A stretch of 46,535 bases of DNA from Mycobacteriales bacterium (GTDB lineage: Bacteria > Actinomycetota > Actinomycetes > Mycobacteriales > SCTD01): contig JBAVRG010000452.1 of NCBI GenBank assembly GCA_049694795.1, positions 1 through 46,535 of the forward strand, in the 5' to 3' direction. The notes under the pieces were generated by a model, which saw only the letters and a program-made list of their open reading frames with translations, had not been told where the DNA came from and searched no databases. Shown here in pieces: positions 23,863-31,807 of this stretch. The number at the start of each line of letters is the position of its first letter. The stretch's first letter is position 1. Position numbers and translations under genes: made by a program.

Positions 23863-25004
23863 CGTCCTGGCCCGAGGCCCACCGCATCGCCCACGGCGCC
23901 GGCGTCCCTGTCGCCTCGGTGACCGTGCCCCTCGAAGGCGCGGCCGGGCGGACGCTGGCAGCCGACGTCGCCTCGCTGCACCGGCTGCCGCACTTCGACG
24001 CCGCCGCCATGGACGGCTGGGCGGTGCGCGGGCCGGGGCCGTGGCGGTGGGTCGGCCAGGTCCTGGCCGGGGACCCCCCTCCGGGCGAGCTGCGGGACGG
24101 TGAGGCGGTCGAGATCGCCACGGGCGCCGTCGTGCCCGCCGGCTGCGAGGGGGTGCTGCCCTACGAGCAGGGCCGGGTCGTGGGCGAGGGGGTCGAGGGC
24201 CCGCACCCGCAGGGTCGGCACGTGCGGCACGCCGGGGAGGAGTGCGGGGCCGGAGAGGTCCTGCTGCACAAGGGATCCGCTCTCACGGCGGCCGCACTCG
24301 GCCTGGCTGCAGCGGTCGGGCACGACCACCTCCCGGTACGGCGGGACGTGCGGGTGCGCTGCCTGGTGACCGGCTCGGAGCTGGTCCGCGAGGGGGTGCC
24401 GTCGGCCGGCCAGGTGCGAGACGCCGTGGGTCCGCTGCTCCGGCCCGCGCTGCTGGCCGCCGGTGCCCGGCTGGTCGAGGTGCAGCACCTGGTGGACGAG
24501 GCGGCGGTGCTCAAGGCCGCGCTGGCGGACACGGCGGCGGACCCGGCGCCGGACCTGGTGGTCACCAGCGGGGCGTCGTCGCGAGGCCCCGCTGACCACC
24601 TCGCGCGGGTGCTCCAGGACCTCGGCGCGCAGGTCCTCGTCGACGGGGTGCTCGTCAAGCCCGGACATCCGCAGCTGCTGGCGGTCCTGCCGGACGGCCG
24701 ACCGGTGGTGGGGCTGCCCGGGAACCCGCTGGCGGCGCTGTGCGCCGTCGTGACCCTGGTGCAGCCTCTGGTGGCGGGGCTGCTGGGCCGGCCGTGCCCC
24801 GAGCCGGTCCGAGGACGGCTGGCGGAGCCGGTGGCGGGCCACCCGTCGTCGTACCGGCTGGTGCCGGTGCGGCTCGAGGACGGCAAGGCGGTGCCGACCG
24901 GCCACGGGGGAGCGGCGATGCTCCGCGGCGCAGCGGTCGCGACGCACCTCGCCGCGGTGGGCCCGGAGGGCGGGAGCGAGGTCGGGCTGCTCGCGCTGCC
25001 CTGA
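23859..25004 (+). CDS. moeA: Molybdopterin molybdenumtransferase MoeA
   Basis: About 381 aa with MoeA motifs (FDAAAMDGWAV, TGSEL, VTSGASS.GP.D, KPG.P, GLPGNP). GTG start at the 23859 overlap. Confidence 0.88.
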   Translation: MTSWPEAHRIAHGAGVPVASVTVPLEGAAGRTLAADVASLHRLPHFDAAAMDGWAVRGPGPWRWVGQVLAGDPPPGELRDGEAVEIATGAVVPAGCEGVLPYEQGRVVGEGVEGPHPQGRHVRHAGEECGAGEVLLHKGSALTAAALGLAAAVGHDHLPVRRDVRVRCLVTGSELVREGVPSAGQVRDAVGPLLRPALLAAGARLVEVQHLVDEAAVLKAALADTAADPAPDLVVTSGASSRGPADHLARVLQDLGAQVLVDGVLVKPGHPQLLAVLPDGRPVVGLPGNPLAALCAVVTLVQPLVAGLLGRPCPEPVRGRLAEPVAGHPSSYRLVPVRLEDGKAVPTGHGGAAMLRGAAVATHLAAVGPEGGSEVGLLALP

Positions 25005-25005
25005 C

Positions 25006-25236
25006 TCAGACCGAGAGCCGCTCGCGCTCGTCGACCGGCTCGTGGTGGGGCTCGGAGGGCGGGCGCGACTGGCTGGTGACCTCGCTGACGACGAGGCCGC
25101 CGAACAGCAGGCACAGGGCGAGCGCGCCGAGCTGGTGGTCGAGGCCGCCGCCGTTGAGCGCGGCGTCGATCCCGAAGACCGACAGCCAGAGCCCGTGCAG
25201 GGCCGATACCGGCCGAGCCCGTCCGTTGCGCGCCAT
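25006..25236 (-). CDS. Small hydrophobic protein, unknown function (76 aa)
   Basis: This is the C-terminal part of ORF 25006..25746. ATG at 25236, high GC3 and two hydrophobic stretches. The rest of the long ORF runs antisense to the GNAT gene. Confidence 0.45.
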   Translation of the reverse strand: MARNGRARPVSALHGLWLSVFGIDAALNGGGLDHQLGALALCLLFGGLVVSEVTSQSRPPSEPHHEPVDERERLSV

Positions 25237-25253
25237 GAGCCCGATCCTACGGA

Positions 25254-25853
25254 TCAGCGCCGGCCACCGCCCGTGCCCTCTGCCCGGGCGTGTCCGACGA
25301 GCCGTTCCTCGAGCCGGATCCGCGCCTGCGGCCACTCGGCTGCGAGCAGGGAGAAGTAGGCGGTGTCGCGGACCGAGCCGTCGCTGCGGAGCCGGTTGTG
25401 CCGCAGCGTGCCGTCGTGCCGGCAGCCGAGCTTGCGGATCGCGGCCTGGGAACGCGCGTTGAGGCCGTCGGTCTTGAGTGTCACCCTCGCCGCGCCGAGG
25501 TCGTCGAAGGCGTGCGCCAGGAGCAGCAGCTTGCAGGTGGGGTTCACCTCGGTGGCCCACAGGTCCTTGCGGTACCAGGTCCAGCCGATCTCCAGGCCGC
25601 TCACCTGGGTGTCCACGTCCAGGTACGACGTGCTGCCCGCGGCGCGGCCGTCGACGACGACCGCCCAGGGCATGCCGACGTGCGTGCGCCGGATGGCCTC
25701 GACGTCCTCGAGCGACTGCGGACGGGCGGCAGGCAGCCACCGCCACACGTCCTCGTCCTGGGCTGCCGTGAGCAGGTCGGCGTCGTGCCTGGGCTCCCAG
25801 GGCTGGAGGCTGACAGGGCCGCGTTCCAGGGTGATCGGAGTCGGGGTCCGCAT
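25254..25853 (-). CDS. GNAT family N-acetyltransferase (RimJ/RimL-like)
   Basis: 199 aa with the typical pattern ..LEIGWTWYRKDLWATEVNP.CKLLLL.HAFD.LGA.RV.LKTD..N.RSQAAI.KLG.. Confidence 0.85.
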   Translation of the reverse strand: MRTPTPITLERGPVSLQPWEPRHDADLLTAAQDEDVWRWLPAARPQSLEDVEAIRRTHVGMPWAVVVDGRAAGSTSYLDVDTQVSGLEIGWTWYRKDLWATEVNPTCKLLLLAHAFDDLGAARVTLKTDGLNARSQAAIRKLGCRHDGTLRHNRLRSDGSVRDTAYFSLLAAEWPQARIRLEERLVGHARAEGTGGGRR

Positions 25854-25908
25854 GCGTGGCAGCCTAGGTTGAGGGCACCACTGGATTTCCCCGAGCGTTG
25901 AGGACGAC

Positions 25909-26280
25909 ATGGAAGAGAAGCGGGCGCAGCGTGTGGTGGACCGGCTCCGTGAGCAGGGCGTCGACGCCCACGTGGAGCGGGCGTCGACGTACCAGTTCGG
26001 GGTGCGCGTGGCGCTGCGTGACGGTCGCGCCGCGGTGTGGGACACCGACGGCACGCTGGGCCTGGAGGCGCAGGTGATGCGTGACGGCATCCTGGTCGGG
26101 TTCGTGCCGCAGCTCGAGGGCTCGGAGGACTTCGACGAGGACCAGACGGTCGCCGCCATCGCCGGCACCGACTACGACCAGCCGATCGCCCGGCGGCGCA
26201 CCACGCCCGCGCCGCCGGCGCCGCCGCTGCAGCGGCAGGGCGGGGTGTTCCGGCGCTTCCTCGGCGGCTTCAGGGAGTAG
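25909..26280 (+). CDS. Hypothetical protein (123 aa)
   Basis: High GC3 with GAGGA 4 nt upstream of the ATG. No recognisable motif. Pro-rich C-terminal tail. Confidence 0.6.
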   Translation: MEEKRAQRVVDRLREQGVDAHVERASTYQFGVRVALRDGRAAVWDTDGTLGLEAQVMRDGILVGFVPQLEGSEDFDEDQTVAAIAGTDYDQPIARRRTTPAPPAPPLQRQGGVFRRFLGGFRE

Positions 26281-27352
26281 CGAGGCCGGCCTCGATCACG
26301 GCCGCGGTCGCGAGGAGCACCTCCTCCGAGCCAGGCCGGCCGACGAGCTGCAGCGAGGCGGGCAGGCCGTCGCGACGGGGCACCGGGAGCGCGACCGCCG
26401 GCAGACCCGCCAGGTTGACCGGCAGCGTGAGCCGCAGCTCGTACATCCGGTCCGGGTCGGTCAGCGCCGCCGGGCTGTCGCGCAGGGTCGGCAGCGCCAG
26501 CACCTCGACCCGCGACAGCGCGAGGTCGACCTCGCGCAGCCAGGCCCGCCGTACCGCCGTGGCCCCTGCCAGCTCCGCCGTCGTGCGTCGGCCACCCGCC
26601 GCCAGCCGGTTCGCCACGTCGTCGCCGACTCGGCCGCCGGCCAGCAGGTGCCCGACCGTCGCGTAGGCCTCCTGCATGAGGAGCACGGTGCAGGCCTGCG
26701 AGGCCGCCTCCCACGAGGGCAGCGCCACGTCGACGGTGCCCACCGCGCGCAGCGCGCGGTCGACCGCCTCGTCCACCCCCGAGGCGGCCGGCGGCCGGAA
26801 GCGGCCGACGGTGACCGCCGGCGTGCCGAGCGCGAACCCGGGCTCGAGCAGCTGCATCCCGGTCACGAGGCCGGACACGTCACGGGCCAGCGGGCCCACG
26901 GTGTCGAGGGAGGGGGCGAGCGGCCAGACGCCCTCCAGGCTGACCCGCCCCCAGGTGGTCTTGAGCCCGGCGACACCGCAGCACGCGGCCGGGATGCGCA
27001 CCGAGCCGCCGGTGTCCGTGCCGATCCCGATGTCGGCCTCGCCGTTCGCGACGACCACCGCGGACCCGCTGGAGGACCCACCGGGCACCAGGAGGGGGGC
27101 GAGCGGGTTCGTGGGAGTGCCCTGCCAGGCGTTGACACCGGTGATCCCGAAGGCCAGCTCGTGCAGGACGGTCCGGCCCGTGATGACCGCCTGGGCCCGC
27201 ACCCCGGCCAGGCACGCCGCGTCCCGCGCGGCGGGCACCGGCTCGACCGCGGGCGAACCCGCCGTCGTCGGCAGGCCCACCATGTCGAGCAGGTCCTTCA
27301 CCGCGACCCGGAGCCCGGGGCCGGTGTCGAGGCGCAGCGCCCAGCCGTCCAT
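26270..27352 (-). CDS. Amidase-signature family amidase (short form)
   Basis: 360 aa with GGSSSGSA and the GTDTGGSVRIPA signature. The N-terminal helical region is shorter than in typical ~470-aa amidases. Confidence 0.85.
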   Translation of the reverse strand: MDGWALRLDTGPGLRVAVKDLLDMVGLPTTAGSPAVEPVPAARDAACLAGVRAQAVITGRTVLHELAFGITGVNAWQGTPTNPLAPLLVPGGSSSGSAVVVANGEADIGIGTDTGGSVRIPAACCGVAGLKTTWGRVSLEGVWPLAPSLDTVGPLARDVSGLVTGMQLLEPGFALGTPAVTVGRFRPPAASGVDEAVDRALRAVGTVDVALPSWEAASQACTVLLMQEAYATVGHLLAGGRVGDDVANRLAAGGRRTTAELAGATAVRRAWLREVDLALSRVEVLALPTLRDSPAALTDPDRMYELRLTLPVNLAGLPAVALPVPRRDGLPASLQLVGRPGSEEVLLATAAVIEAGLATP

Positions 27353-27543
27353 CAGAGCGGATCGACCCGGATCAGGAAGCTGCGGAGGTCGAGGAACTCC
27401 GACAGGTGCGCAAGGTGCTCGTCACAGGCGTGCCACAGCTTCTCGCGGTCCGGCGTGTGCACCTTGGGGTTGTTCCACACCAGCGCGTGCGCCGCCGGCG
27501 CGCGGCAGCCCTTGGCCGAGCAGATCGGGATCTCGCTGTCCAC
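27352..27543 (-). CDS. Small Cys/His-containing protein, unknown function (63 aa)
   Basis: MDSEIPICSAKGCRAP..HACDEHLAHL.., with a possible zinc site. Its stop shares 1 nt with the amidase start (TGATG). Confidence 0.65.
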   Translation of the reverse strand: MDSEIPICSAKGCRAPAAHALVWNNPKVHTPDREKLWHACDEHLAHLSEFLDLRSFLIRVDPL

Positions 27544-27555
27544 CCGGCCATCCTG

Positions 27556-27921
27556 TCAGCCCCCGGCCGGCCCCGCGGTGAGCTCCACCTCGAACCCCTG
27601 GCCGTCCACCAGGTGCACCGCCGTGGCTGTCCGCACCCGCACGCTCCAGCCGTGCGTCAGGGCCTCGGCCGCCAGCGCCTCCGGGTCGGCCACGTGGAAG
27701 GCCAGGTGGTTGAGGCCGGGTCGCATGCGGTCGTGCCCACCCGAGGCGCGCGCCGGGGACTGCTCCACGACGACGTACGTCTCGGCCCTCAGCCAGGACC
27801 GTCCGTGCTCCCAGCTCCGGTACGGCGTCCAGCCCAGGCGCTCCAGCAGCCAGCCGAGGGTGGCCCTCGCGGCGGCCAGGTCGTCGACCCACAGCTCGAC
27901 GTGGTGCAGGGCGCCGTCCAT
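27556..27921 (-). CDS. VOC family protein (glyoxalase/bleomycin-resistance fold)
   Basis: 121 aa with HHVELWVDDL .. GLNHLAFHV. Confidence 0.8.
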   Translation of the reverse strand: MDGALHHVELWVDDLAAARATLGWLLERLGWTPYRSWEHGRSWLRAETYVVVEQSPARASGGHDRMRPGLNHLAFHVADPEALAAEALTHGWSVRVRTATAVHLVDGQGFEVELTAGPAGG

Positions 27922-27941
27922 GGCCGACTACCGTACGGGTC

Positions 27942-28616
27942 GTGGACGTGGAGCTCACCGACTGGCAGCGCAAGCGCGTGGAGTGGCGCTGGCGGCGCGC
28001 GTTCGTGCGCCAGGAGCTGAAGGCGCGCTGGTCGCTGCGGCACGTCACGAAGCGGGGCAAGCGTGCGATCGTGCTCGGCAACCCGGTCGTGGACGCCTCC
28101 GACATGCAGGTGGGCGACGACTTCAAGGTCTGGTCCGGGCACCGCAAGACCCTCATCAGCGGCTGGGGGAAGATGCGGTTCGGCGACCGGGTCTTCGTCA
28201 ACGTCGGCACCACGATCATCGCGGTGGAGGAGATCGTGGTCGGTGACGACGTCGCCTTCGCCAACGAGGTCTACGTCATCGACAGCAACAGCCACGGCAT
28301 CGAGGGCGCGCCGCACGTGCAGGCCCCCATCCGGATCGGCGACGGCTGCTGGATCGGCGCCCGGGCGATGATCCTGCCGGGTGTGACGCTCGGCAGGCGG
28401 GTCCTCGTGGCCGCCGGCTCGGTGGTCACCAAGGACGTGCCGGACGACTCGCTGGTCGCCGGCAACCCGGCCCGGGTGGTCCGGTCGCTGAGCTACCCGC
28501 CGGGCTGCCGCCGGGCGTGGCACGACGAGTGGTGCCCGTGCCCGAAGGTCACGGCTGTCGAGAGCGCCGCCGCGATGGCGGCTGTGCCGGTCCAGGAGAC
28601 CAGCGAGTCCGCCTAG
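27942..28616 (+). CDS. Left-handed beta-helix (hexapeptide repeat) acyltransferase
   Basis: 224 aa with hexapeptide repeats (IGDGCWIGARAMILPGVTLGRRVLVAAGSVVTKDVPDDSLVAGNPARVV). Confidence 0.85.
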   Translation: MDVELTDWQRKRVEWRWRRAFVRQELKARWSLRHVTKRGKRAIVLGNPVVDASDMQVGDDFKVWSGHRKTLISGWGKMRFGDRVFVNVGTTIIAVEEIVVGDDVAFANEVYVIDSNSHGIEGAPHVQAPIRIGDGCWIGARAMILPGVTLGRRVLVAAGSVVTKDVPDDSLVAGNPARVVRSLSYPPGCRRAWHDEWCPCPKVTAVESAAAMAAVPVQETSESA

Positions 28617-28634
28617 CCCGACGACCGGCCGTCA

Positions 28635-28668
28635 CCTCGGGGGACCCGGGTGCCCGGGTCCCCCGAGG
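28635..28668. terminator. Bidirectional hairpin terminator between convergent genes
   Basis: Perfect 16-nt arms CCTCGGGGGACCCGGG and CCCGGGTCCCCCGAGG separated by 2 nt. Confidence 0.7.
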
Positions 28669-28684
28669 GCTCACGCAGCCTTCC

Positions 28685-29995
28685 TCAGCAGCCGGTCGCC
28701 GGTGCGCGGAAGCCTGCGAAGGGGTTGAGGTCCCCCATCAGGGTGTAGCGGCCCACGTTCGTCGAGGGGCTCTGCGTCGGTTCCGAGACGGTGTTGGGTG
28801 CCAGTCGCAGGAACCAGGGCAGCAGCGCCTCGTCCTCCGGGTGGTAGTAGCCGTCGGCGCTCTGGGTGCCGTTCGGGTTCGGCCCTTGCTCGAAGGTGTT
28901 GGTTCCCATCGCGAACCCGATCGCGACCACCGGGTCACCTGTCTCCAGGACCCCGGTGCACCCGTACTGCGGTGCGGTCGGCGTCAGCCAGGGCTCCACC
29001 GTGTTGTTGACGAACGGGTCGTCGGCCCACTCGGCGATCTCGTGGCTGAGCGCGTGGATGTCCTGCAGCGCCCAGTCGGTGCCGCCGTTCGGGCGGGCGT
29101 AGATTCCGGGCTGGACCCAGGACGCCCAGGCGAAGGTCTGCACCTGGGCGTTGCCCTTGCTGTTCGCGCTGCCGACCCCGAGGCCGGTCGCGCGGGTGCC
29201 GTGGAAGCCGATCACGCAGCAGTTCGTCACGTCCGAGCCGACGTGGAGCAGCACGTTGTCGGTCAGGTAGATCGGCAGGTGCGTGGGGTCGGCGCTCGTC
29301 TCGAGGTTCTTGATCTGGGCTGCCCACCAGCTGATGCTGATGTCCGCGAAGACCACGCCCCGCCCGCTCTGCAGGAGGACGCCCTGGTTCTGCGGGACGT
29401 TGATCGTCACGGCAGGGAGCACGTTGGGGTGCAGGCGCAGGTGGTAGCTGCTGGCGCCGGTCTTGTCGAACTGCGCGCGCATCGTGGCGTCCTGCAGCTG
29501 CAGCGCCCTGCCTGCATCGCCCTGTGACAGCGCGCCGCCCGCACCCCGCGGGAGGTTCGCCGCGTTCGCCGTGGCGTACGGCGTCGAGCCGTAGTCGTTC
29601 GTGGCGAACTGCGGGGACGCCAGGGTCGCCGGCAGGACGTCACTGCCGTCGTAGGTGCGGCCGGCGATGTTGACCCTGATCGGCGTGATGTCGGCCTCGA
29701 CGGTCGCGTCGCAGCCTGAGCCTGCACAGCTGTTGGGGTCGGCACCCACCATGTTGTAGCCGTAGGTCACGCCGTTGCTGGGGTCGACCGAGGAGCCCCA
29801 CCAGTGCGCGACCGTCCGGGTGGTCGGGAGCACGTCCGCGCCGCCGAGGGTCGTCGCCATGGCCTGGAGCTTCGAGTCGTCGATCACCTGCGGCTGGACC
29901 GTGGCGGTGCTGGCGCCCGCCGCCACCGCAGGGGCCATGAGGGCGGCTGTCGCCACGCCGACTCCGAGCAGCCGACCGAGCCTTCGATGCTTCAT
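28685..29995 (-). CDS. Secreted protein of unknown function (436 aa)
   Basis: Start re-set to MKHRRLGRLLGVGVATAALMAPAVAAGAS, a signal peptide, with AGGAGG 5 nt upstream. No family recognised. Confidence 0.8.
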   Translation of the reverse strand: MKHRRLGRLLGVGVATAALMAPAVAAGASTATVQPQVIDDSKLQAMATTLGGADVLPTTRTVAHWWGSSVDPSNGVTYGYNMVGADPNSCAGSGCDATVEADITPIRVNIAGRTYDGSDVLPATLASPQFATNDYGSTPYATANAANLPRGAGGALSQGDAGRALQLQDATMRAQFDKTGASSYHLRLHPNVLPAVTINVPQNQGVLLQSGRGVVFADISISWWAAQIKNLETSADPTHLPIYLTDNVLLHVGSDVTNCCVIGFHGTRATGLGVGSANSKGNAQVQTFAWASWVQPGIYARPNGGTDWALQDIHALSHEIAEWADDPFVNNTVEPWLTPTAPQYGCTGVLETGDPVVAIGFAMGTNTFEQGPNPNGTQSADGYYHPEDEALLPWFLRLAPNTVSEPTQSPSTNVGRYTLMGDLNPFAGFRAPATGC

Positions 29996-30015
29996 GGGGC
30001 CTCCTGTCTCAGGGC

Positions 30016-30127
30016 GGGCCCGCGCGGCTGTGCGGGCCCGAGCGGTACGGAGCCGCTGCAAAGGTGCACAACGATCCAGGTGGTACGGAGCACCCACCTG
30101 GTGGGCGTGATACATCTGCATCACGCC
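30016..30127 (-). promoter_or_regulatory. Structured 5' leader: four consecutive hairpins upstream of the secreted-protein gene
   Basis: Stems are 30016-23/30032-39 (8-9 bp), 30041-45/30053-57 (5 bp), 30076-83/30094-101 (8 bp) and 30104-11/30120-27 (8 bp). Hairpins 2 and 3 share the loop sequence TACGGAG, which is CUCCGUA in the mRNA. Confidence 0.5.
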
Positions 30128-30379
30128 GCCCGGTAGGCCTGCTGGGAAGGGGCCAGTCGCTGGTCAGTCGCCGAAGAACTGCTGGTGACGCCCAGCCGGT
30201 CGCCGATCTTCCTCTCGGCGGGCCTGACACGCCGTGCGCGAACCCACCGAGCGGTAGATCACCAGGGGGCGAGAGACGGTCTTCCGCCTGTGGCGCCCGA
30301 CACGCTGGTCACCACCCATGAGCGGAAGATCGTTCCTCGTGGTGGCTGTCCGGCGCGCGGCCGGCGGCGCACCCAGGTG

Positions 30380-31333
30380 TCAGGCGGTGACGTCGAGGAC
30401 GAGCTTGCCCACCGAGCCGCGGCTGCGCAGGGCCTCGTGCGCGGCGGACGCCTCCGCGAGCGGGTAGGTCCCGCCGACGAGCGGCGTGAGCGTGCCGGCC
30501 TCGACCATGCCGAGCAGCTCGGCCATCTGCGGCTGGAGCATCTCGGGACGGCTGAAGCAGTGCGCCAGCCAGAAGCCGATGACGGCCCGGCTGCGTGACA
30601 TGAGCTCCCCGGCGCCGACCGGCTTCGGGGGTGTCCGCGACGCCATGCCGAACGTCACCAGTCGCCCGAACGGCGCGAGCGCGGCCAGGGACGCGTCGAA
30701 GGTCGGTCCGCCCACCATCTCCAGGACGACGTCGACCTTCCTGCCGCCGTTGGCCGCTTCGAGGGCGCTCTTGAGGTCCTCGGTGCCGGCGAGCACGAGG
30801 CTGTCGGCACCGAGGTCCTTGGCGAGCGCGAGCTTGTCTTCGCTGGACGCGACGGCGATCACGTTGCCCGCGCCCCAGGCCTTCGCGAGCTGCACCGCGA
30901 GCGTGCCCACCCCGCCGGCGGCGGCGTGCACGACGACGGACTCGCCGGGCTGGAGGTGGCTGCAGGTGCGGAGCAGGTGCCAGGCCGTGAGCCCCTGCAC
31001 CATCAGCGAGAGGGCCTGCCCGTCGCTGACCGCCTCGGGCAGCGGGAACGCCATGTGCGGGAAGACCAGCGCCTTCTCGCAGTAACCGCCGCCCATGGCG
31101 AACGCCGCGACCCGGGTGCCGTCCGCGAGCCGGCCGACGACCTCGGACCCGGGGACCAGCGGCAGGGTCGCGGGTGCCAGGTAGGAGTTCTCGACCTGGT
31201 GGGTGTCGGCGTAGTTGACGCCGGCGCTCGTCACCTCGACGACCACCTGCCCGCCGCCCGCGACCGGGTCCGGGAGGTCGACGAGCGTCAGGACCTCAGG
31301 GCCGCCGAACTCGGTGATCTGCACAGCTCTCAT
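30380..31333 (-). CDS. NADPH:quinone oxidoreductase / zinc-type alcohol dehydrogenase-like (MDR family)
   Basis: Start re-set to MRAVQITEFGGPEVL. AAGGVG nucleotide-binding motif. Product is 317 aa. Confidence 0.9.
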   Translation of the reverse strand: MRAVQITEFGGPEVLTLVDLPDPVAGGGQVVVEVTSAGVNYADTHQVENSYLAPATLPLVPGSEVVGRLADGTRVAAFAMGGGYCEKALVFPHMAFPLPEAVSDGQALSLMVQGLTAWHLLRTCSHLQPGESVVVHAAAGGVGTLAVQLAKAWGAGNVIAVASSEDKLALAKDLGADSLVLAGTEDLKSALEAANGGRKVDVVLEMVGGPTFDASLAALAPFGRLVTFGMASRTPPKPVGAGELMSRSRAVIGFWLAHCFSRPEMLQPQMAELLGMVEAGTLTPLVGGTYPLAEASAAHEALRSRGSVGKLVLDVTA

Positions 31334-31345
31334 GCCACGGACCCT

Positions 31346-31362
31346 ACCGAATCCGATTCGGT
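31346..31362. promoter_or_regulatory. Perfect 17-bp palindrome in divergent intergenic region (candidate operator)
   Basis: ACCGAATC-C-GATTCGGT is followed by TTTTGG, in the 69-bp gap between the starts at 31333 (-) and 31403 (+). Confidence 0.5.
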
Positions 31363-31402
31363 TTTGGTGATCTTGCTCGAGCCGCGGCGCGGGCCTGGCA
31401 CC

Positions 31403-31807
31403 ATGGGGGCCGTGGCAGACCTGACGACCGTGATCCGCCCCTCCGCCGTGCTCGCGGAGGTCGTCGCGCGCCAGGTGGTGCGCGAGCTCGAGTCCCGTGA
31501 CGTCAGCAAGGGCGGGGTGTGGAGCGCCAACACCGGCCTGTGGCAGCGCTACGACCACGCCTGGGACGGCCCTGGCGGGATGCGGGGCACCGCGCAGCTG
31601 GTCGGCACCATCGGCGCGGTCTACGGCACGCCGTCGAAGTACGACATCACGATCTACCGCGTGACGGTCACCGAGTACGGCCTCACGAAGGGCTGGACGG
31701 TCGACCGGATCTGCGACGACGCGCTCCAGTACGCCGACCTCACCCTCGCCAGCTGCCCGCGCACCTCGCTGACGTCGGCCGCACCGGACCCCTTCCGCAA
31801 GGCCTAG
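31403..31807 (+). CDS. Hypothetical protein (134 aa)
   Basis: ATG in frame with ORF 30926..31807 and downstream of the divergent gene start. High GC3 and no motif recognised. Confidence 0.6.
   Translation: MGAVADLTTVIRPSAVLAEVVARQVVRELESRDVSKGGVWSANTGLWQRYDHAWDGPGGMRGTAQLVGTIGAVYGTPSKYDITIYRVTVTEYGLTKGWTVDRICDDALQYADLTLASCPRTSLTSAAPDPFRKA

Noticed and set aside
25237-25746. The remainder of the 246-aa ORF 25006..25746.
   Set aside because: It runs antisense to the well-supported GNAT gene and is Arg/Pro/Gly-rich. Only the 76-aa hydrophobic C-terminal part, in its own intergenic space, was kept, and at low confidence.
30164-30319. 51-codon minus-strand ORF (MGGDQRVGRHRRKTVSRPLVIYRS..) in the lower-GC gap between the quinone oxidoreductase and the secreted-protein leader.
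   Set aside because: It has many T-ending codons unlike neighbouring genes, no RBS, and a highly basic low-complexity product. It is more likely non-coding or a decayed remnant. I could not recognise a transposase or integrase fragment.
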